From positions 2,656,001-2,720,000 of the forward strand of contig CM000207.1 in NCBI GenBank assembly GCA_000002445.1: DNA of 64,000 bases, read 5' to 3'. Positions within the stretch are counted from its first letter, which is position 1. Each line of letters starts with the position of its first letter. The position numbers and the translations under genes are program-made. The DNA is from Trypanosoma brucei. Taxonomy: Eukaryota. The notes below the pieces were generated by a model, which saw only the letters and a program-made list of their open reading frames with translations, was not told the DNA's origin and made no database searches. Below are positions 57,625-64,000 of the stretch, piece after piece.

Positions 57625-59181
57625 TCACAAAAGAAGCAATAAGAGAATTTTTTTGACAAGGAAACTCGAATCATTCCACTTGCCTTCAATCCAACCGCAA
57701 ACATTTTTTTTATATTTTGGAATTTCACCTTTGACTGCAGCACATTCTTCAGGAGTTTTAGCCGCACCACACTTATCTGTTGTTTTTGTCTCCTCATTTC
57801 CTCCTGGCCCTGCTTCTTTTGCTTGTTTTTCTACATGTGTCGTATTCAATTTGCAGTGTTCTCGATCCTCGTCATTTTTGCCTTTGCATTCGCAGGCTGG
57901 CCGCTTTGTTTTGCATGGCGCCGCTTTTGTTATCGCTTCGCATTCTTCCTCTTTTTGCTGTGGTTTGGCAGTGCTGGCGATTGCTTGAACTTTCGGTGTA
58001 AGTCGGCTGAAGGCCTGTTAAATTTTCTTATGCAGCTGGAGCTGCAGTTGTAGGTTGAACGCTTGTTCTCTCAGATCCGCCAGCCTGCTTGTTGTCTTCG
58101 TTATTTCAGCATTTCTCCTTTTTTGCTCGGCGATTAGTTCGACTGCTTCTAGCAGCTTTGTTCGCCATGCTGCTTTTGTCAAGACTACCGTGTCGCTTTT
58201 GGCGGTCGTCTTGTAGACAATGCACAGCCCTGAGTTCGATTGTCCGGCACATCCTTGGCTAGCCAGCTGGCAGAATATGATTTTGCCTTGTTTGGGTGTG
58301 CCTCGTCCTAAAAATGCCGCTAGGCTAGTCAGAATCTCGCTGGCAGTAATTTCCGTCAAAGGGCTGTCTGGACATTTACTGATTATGGCTGTAGTATCTG
58401 TGTCGGCATTGGCGAGGTCGGCGTGCGTGCTCTGCGCCGCGGGTATGTCATCCGCGCATTCTTTGAAATTGCCGCTGCCGTCTGTACTTTCTGCTGCTCA
58501 TAAGCAATAAAGCAGCGCTGCTAACGTTTTAGCCTTGGTTGTCTCCGGGGTGTCTGCCACGCAAAGAAGTGTTCTCGTGCCAGGGTTTCCGTTGTTCGCT
58601 TTTAGGTTGTCAAGCGTTAGCTCCGACAGTTGCGTAACCCCTTGGCTGTAAGCCGCTTCTAGCAGTTTTTTTACTGCATTTTCGGTCAGTTTAGAGTCTG
58701 CAGATGCTCCCGATGTTAGCTGCAGTATTGCGGCTGCGTCTTCTTCTGCAATTGGCTGGAGCAGCGCCGATAGCTGTCCCTTCTCATGTTCGCTGATTCC
58801 ATCAATGGCTGCCTTCTTTATCATTGTCTTGCTTTCTTTTTCCTTGTCAAGCTCATCTTCCGCTTTAGTCCAACCGTCCCATCGCAGTTTCCGTATTTCA
58901 TCGACATTTTCCCCCTTGTTGCTATATTTGGGCCTCTCCTGACCCTCGTGTGGTTTTTCAAACTTCTTCCGCCATGTGTCGTCACTTAGTGTTGCATTCA
59001 GTTTGAGTATCTCCTGAAAGTCAGCGTCTGCTGTGCCTTTTGAGGCTAACTCCGGGGTTTTGCTTGACGGTAATGCGACTGGTGCACAGAGATCTAGAAA
59101 AAGGTTTCCGTTGTCCCCTGCGTTTATAGATCGCACCGGTCGCCTTATTAGTACCACCGTCGCAGCAAACGTTAGTAACAT
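57625..59181 (-). pseudogene. VSG pseudogene (frameshifted); signal peptide and GPI tail present
   Basis: ORF 58498..59181 MLLTFAATVVLIRRPVRSINA... ORF 58018..58359. ORF 57625..57849 ...CGAAKTPEECAAVKGEIPKYKKNVCGWIEGKWNDSSFLVKKILLLLLL*. Confidence 0.8.
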
Positions 59182-59435
59182 TTTTTATTAATCATTATGT
59201 TGCTATTACGCGTTGCTATTGTCCTAGCAATGTTTGTTGGATTTAAAACGAGCGTTTGTGACGTTACACCGCAGGAAGTTGGGCTACGCCACCATTTAGT
59301 AAGGGGAAAAGACTGGGATGCGATCTGCTAGGGTCTCAGTTTGTGAGCGGTTTTTTGTGGTGATTTTTACAGTTTCTCAGGCTTAAACCAATCCTCTCCT
59401 TTAAAATCATCACCACCAATACCGCAATATTCAAA

Positions 59436-60331
59436 TTACGACTTACCCCCATCTATTGTGTAACATTGAATTTCTCCCAACTCGTCAGCGGTAAGTTTTC
59501 TTCCCTTAAACTCCACATACCAACTGAGATTTTTCAAAATTAATTTTTCCCTCTCCTCACACGCAAATGCTTGCTCTGTTAATTGAATGAATAAATGGAT
59601 CCTCTCTAAAATCACCATTATTTGAAATAGCAAAACATATCTCTTCATAATTCAGTTCAATCATTCTCTTACTCAAAAAACCCTGTAAAACAGCTTTTTT
59701 CTGCAAAGCAGTTCAAATCGGTAAGGGCTTGTAAATGCTTTGATCACACAACCATTCACTCGTTATTTACTGCAAGCGATTTCTCATACGCAAATTCAAA
59801 AATTTTAAATGCCTACACTTGTGCTATCACACCACCACCCTTAAGATAGGGTTTGCCACTAGGAGATGATTTTAGCAAATGAGGTAAATATTTATCCTCT
59901 TCGTTTCTGTAGCCCACATTAAAAAACAAATAACAACACAGCACATGATATTTGTGAACATGCTTTTCACTAAACTTCTTTTTATTAGTTGCACCATTTT
60001 GTATAAAATATCCCACAGAAGTTTCATGCTTTTGTTGATCAGCAACAATAACATCATACCCACCCACAGTTTTTAAAAAATCCTCATTATTTTCATCATG
60101 CCTTTATCAATATTCCATAACCCATCTAGGTCTTTTTACATGACTATACAAACCTCCCATAGCAATTGTAATAATTTCAACATGGCTTAGTTTGTCACTC
60201 AATATGAGCCTACACCATCCTTGAGTTGCATGAGTTTGAACGACAAACACAAACACTATAGGCTTTTTAGTATAATTCACTGACACATTGTTTACGTTAT
60301 TCATTTCGTTATCTTGAAGAGCTTTGAGCAT
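59436..60331 (-). pseudogene. Glycosyltransferase pseudogene fragment (N-terminal/central part, same family as 51230-52390), frameshifted
   Basis: ORFs 60107..60331 (KKPIVFVFVVQTHATQGWCRLILSDKLSHVEIITIAMGG...), 59813..60067 (MGGYDVIVADQQKHETSVGYFIQNG...) and 59436..59648. Segment 60140-60250 is duplicated in reverse orientation at 25028-25160. Confidence 0.5.
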
Positions 60332-60601
60332 AAAAACACTAAATGTGAATACAATCGTGATAATGAAATTTTCAAGATATAAAATTTCATTACCTTATAT
60401 ATTTAAAAAATTGGAGGGTGATAAAAGAAAAAACTTTAAAAACTTGATTAAACTACTTGGTTGCGGTTCAAAGATTCTTTATTAATGAACATTTTCTCAA
60501 ATATATAAGTAAATTCTTGATTTTGTTATGATATATATTTGTTAAAGAGTATATGCTCAGTTTTTGCAACTTATATTCGGCACTGATCAATTGTTTTTGT
60601 A

Positions 60602-61700
60602 TTATAATTTAACTCCACACTCATACCTACTGTTATACGCTACACGTATTCCGGTGCTCACTTCTTTTCCTTCGCTGGCGACGTTTTTGACGCTGAAACA
60701 TACTCCGCCACTGGTTGTGCCGTCGCAGCTGTCACCGTCACTGGCTCGCAGCAGTGGCTTCGGCGTGTGGACCCGCAGCAGTCGTTCGATGGCTTGCAGC
60801 CGCGCTTGAAGCTTTGACCTTGTTAGCTGTAGAGGAGGACGGCTATGGCAGTATTTGGGGGGCTCTTGCAGATTATTGTCTGTTTCTACCGTGTTGTCGT
60901 TGGAACATTGGGTGCTTATCTTCACATTTTTTCCTCATAGTTGATCTGCACCTGAACTTGATCCGCGGGCGCAGACACAGGCGATTGGAGCGGCAACTGT
61001 TTTTACCCTGAGCGAAGCAGCATCTCCGCGGCAGCCGTGACCGAAGTTGGTGCCCCCGGTGCCGAAAGCCGTGTTTTCTGCTGCTGTTTGTTTGCCCTGC
61101 GTTGGTGTGCCGTGAGAAGCTAAGTTCAGGTTTTTTTATTACTTCTTCGGTAAATTGGTTTATTTGGGACACTAGGTTATCTCTGGTTGTTTTGAGCTGA
61201 AACGCTGTTTCGGCTGCTTTGCGTACTTCCGTTTGGAATGCTAGAAGTTGGGCTTTCGGCATGCTTCTGGTTTTAAGGTTTTTAATGTCTTCCATGTTCG
61301 TCCCTTCGTGCACTTCGGTTACTGCTTTTATCCAGTGTGTCCAATATTTATCCCAATCGTCGTGGCCAGAAATTGTTTGTGGTTTTGTTCTGTGGTAGGG
61401 TTTCTTGTTGGCGTCCTCTACGAACATCTTTAACCACTTGGTATCGGCTGTATATGTGTTGAGTCTCTGGGTTTCGTCGTATTCTGCCGAAGAATCTGAC
61501 GCAAAAGTGGGGAGCGTCAATGGGCCGTCTGCTAGTGCCATTAATTCGCATAATTGTAAGAAAATTTCGGCATTATCTCTTGCTGCTACCGCGGCCCGTT
61601 TCTTTGTGATGTGCATTGTTACTAGAATAACTAAGTGAAGGAATCTGTCGCTCATGGCGGTTGGTCTTTTCGGTTGTGCGTAGACTGATAGAAAGTTCAA
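60602..61700 (-). pseudogene. VSG pseudogene (N-terminal domain ORF of 275 aa, then frameshifts; atypical or degenerate C-terminus)
   Basis: ORF 60873..61700 MNFLSVYAQPKRPTAMSDRFLHLVILVTMHITKKRAAVAARDNAEIFLQLCELMALADG... has VSG N-terminal-domain character. ORF 60602..60925 continues in another frame. Confidence 0.6.
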
Positions 61701-62489
61701 GGTCAGTTTTAAGCAAGAGTTTCTACCTTTCTCTAAGTTTGTTTGTTTAATACTTTAAAACACAGCGTCTTTTTCCGGATATAAAACAGCTGAACTTTTG
61801 GTACTTTGAGTTTGAGTACGTAAAAAAAAATGATATGTAACAGCTTCTCTTCCATACACGGTTTTGGGTTGAACAAACTAGTTTATCGTCTCGTTTTGTC
61901 ACTATCCTCATTCTCTCAACAACTGACCAAAATTCCTACCGTAACCACCCTCTTTTCCCCTTTGCTCTGTGGTCTTGTATTCCTTTTCCTTCCAATTAAC
62001 ACACATTCTATGAATCCCTTGTTAGAGCATTTAACGCTGCACATTAAGACCCACAATCACGTTTAAAACTGCGGTTGTAAACCGTCATCTCTGCAATAGC
62101 ATCTAACGATTTTTGTTTCAAATATGGGCATCATTTTTTCGTGATATACCATTTTATAATGCGCTACACAGTTCCGCTTCCATTTGTTTCATTCTGTATT
62201 TTCTTTCTTCTTTTTTCACCACCTTTTGCTGCTCCCGCTGTTTCGTGGCGACTTCACCATCACCTTACATCAGACTCTTTAACTTCATAATTACATCTTC
62301 TCCAACATCCCCCTGTATGATAATTACCACAGAAATTTTTGTTTATGAAACTGCGCATACTCCATCTCCTTTTCTCTATCTCCTTCACTCACTATAAAAC
62401 TTATTTACTCATTCCAATTCGCTAACTTACCTCCATTATCGTTTTCTATTGTGTTAATTGCTTCTATTTTTGGCACTTATTCCGTTATC

Positions 62490-62620
62490 ACAACCATACT
62501 TATAATATTATCATATACAAAATAGCAATACTCTCCTATTATTATCATTGTTATTATCTTTATCACTGTTATTATTGCTGCTCTTATTATAATATTAGAA
62601 TATACATACTTACACAGTTT
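62490..62620 (-). repeat. 70-bp repeats (inverted; about 2 copies)
   Basis: CTATTATTATCATTGTTATTATCTTTATCACTGTTATTATTGCTGCTCTTATTATAATATTAGAATATACATACTTACACAG. Confidence 0.8.
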
Positions 62621-62989
62621 TCTACATTTATACTTACTATTAGAGCCCTCACTAATATAACCCTATCTAATACGCATAAAATAAAACAAATTAAAAAATG
62701 AACCAAAATAGATTAGCATTTATACTTATACCCTATCACCATACTAATTTACACCCATATGTAACTTCTACACTTAAATTTAATATTTTTTAGATTATAT
62801 TATATTGAAAGTTTTCGCATTTTGTAAGGGTTTGCAAAAGTATTAAAATATATCAAATTTTAATAAATTTCGTTAATTCGTCCAAAATAGGTGATTTTCA
62901 TAATTTCCATAAAATTGATCAAAAATCCTTTGTATGCTAGAGTGGTATCAGACGTATAAAGTAAGATCTATCGGAGAAATTTTCTTATT

Positions 62990-64000
62990 TAGAAGAAATC
63001 TGGAACGTTTTAATTTTTCTTCAATCCAACCGCAAACAGATTTTTTGCTGGAACCGCAGTTACTTAGACTCTTTCACATTTCTTCGTATCTAGTCCTTTA
63101 AATTGGGAAGTTGGCTCTCCTGTTTCTTTTCTTACTTATTCTATTGCTTCTTTTTGTTCCTTGCTCAATGTGCACTTTTTCTTGTCATCTTTTGCTTCGC
63201 CGTTCCAGTTGCATGGGGAAGTGCAATCTGTTTGTTTGACTACCTTATTGCACTCTTTTTCGGCTTCTTCTTGCTGTTTTTTTGAAGCACTCTCCTCTAC
63301 TGGGGCTGCTGTTGCTGTTGTTTTTTCTCCTACAAGAATTGCTATGACTGTGTCATTTAGTAGTTGTAGTTCTTTTTCGACTTGCTGTGCTTTTTTTGCA
63401 TTATCTTCGTCGCTCTTTACTTTTTCAGCAGCGCATCGCAGTGCTGATAGCCATTGGTATTGTCGTTTCGCCGTTGGCAAAGTGCTTTGGCTTATATTGC
63501 ACACATTGGCCTCCATTTGTGACCTTGTTGCCGGTGCATCCTGCGAAGCCGCCGCCTACGGTGCTGTCAACCACGCCGAGCACTAGTGCTTTACCGGCAT
63601 TTGTGCTGCTTTCTGCTTTGATTTGAGTCTGTAGCGCTGCCCAGGCCGATTTCAGTGTTACATCGGTGAGGTGGCCGGCACCTCCGAATTTGGCGCAGTG
63701 TTCTATTAAAGGGTCGCCTGCTGCTTTGTCGTTGCTGTTTGGTGTCCAGTCTGTGCTGGTTTCGCTACCTTCAAGCCCCTTTCCACACGCCTGTTTCGTG
63801 TTCCCGTGTGCGTTGCTGGCTCCGCAAAGGCAGAGCAGATCCCAGAAAAGCGCCGTGCCTGCTTTGTTGTTTGTGCCTGCCGCTTCTTCGCTGCATACGT
63901 TTTCGCGAGTGGCACTTCCCGATTTGAGACCGTCAGAGTTTGCTGCGCCATGGCCGTATAGCGAATCTTTGCATAGCTGTGCAGCGGTCGGAGCTGGAGT
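62990..64000 (-). pseudogene. VSG (minus strand), partial: the 5' part runs off the window end. C-terminal region atypical or frameshifted. 3'UTR with a near-exact 16-mer.
   Basis: ORFs 63136..63516 (...CNKVVKQTDCTSPCNWNGEAKDDKKKCTLSKEQKEAIE) and 63706..63951. TATTAAAATATATCAAAT at ~62839-62856 is the reverse complement of a 16-mer variant. Confidence 0.6.

Noticed and set aside
1-64000. Bacterial-style promoters, RBS, terminators, operons, defence systems
   Set aside because: VSG, 70-bp repeat, ingi and the 2A motif identify this as trypanosome nuclear DNA. It has polycistronic Pol I/II transcription with trans-splicing, so prokaryotic signal models do not apply.

Overview
This window reads as an African-trypanosome (Trypanosoma brucei-group) subtelomeric VSG (variant surface glycoprotein) array; it is not a prokaryotic locus. 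It contains about 18 VSG genes, pseudogenes and 3' fragments. Plus-strand VSGs run from 8.6 to 33.7 kb and minus-strand VSGs from 41.5 to 64 kb, converging on a 5.25 kb ingi non-LTR retrotransposon (34021-39272). Most VSGs are preceded by the degenerate 70-bp repeat and followed by a VSG 3'UTR containing the TGATATATTTTAACAC 16-mer. Only one VSG (8635-10215) is an uninterrupted ORF; the others have frameshifts or stops. A second ingi (1194-6440, minus strand) lies inside a large inverted repeat. Its 5' end is fused head-to-head to a 690-bp inverted copy of the ingi 3' end. The join sits exactly at a 17-nt sequence where the ingi 5' terminus is the reverse complement of an internal ingi site, which looks like a fold-back duplication. 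Five short units occur just downstream of VSG 3'UTRs, each made of inverted telomere hexamers ((TTAGGG)n, a ~100-130 bp A/T-rich spacer, then (CCCTAA)n). These units are usually followed by a VSG 3'-end fragment, and they are the most unusual structure I see. There are also three pseudogene fragments of a GT31/beta-1,3-glycosyltransferase-like family (DDD motif), which is typical of VSG arrays, and (TA)n microsatellites. I see no rRNA, tRNA, CRISPR or bacterial-style promoter/terminator signals; kinetoplastid transcription is polycistronic. Coordinates of items not in the ORF track are approximate to +/-10-30 nt.
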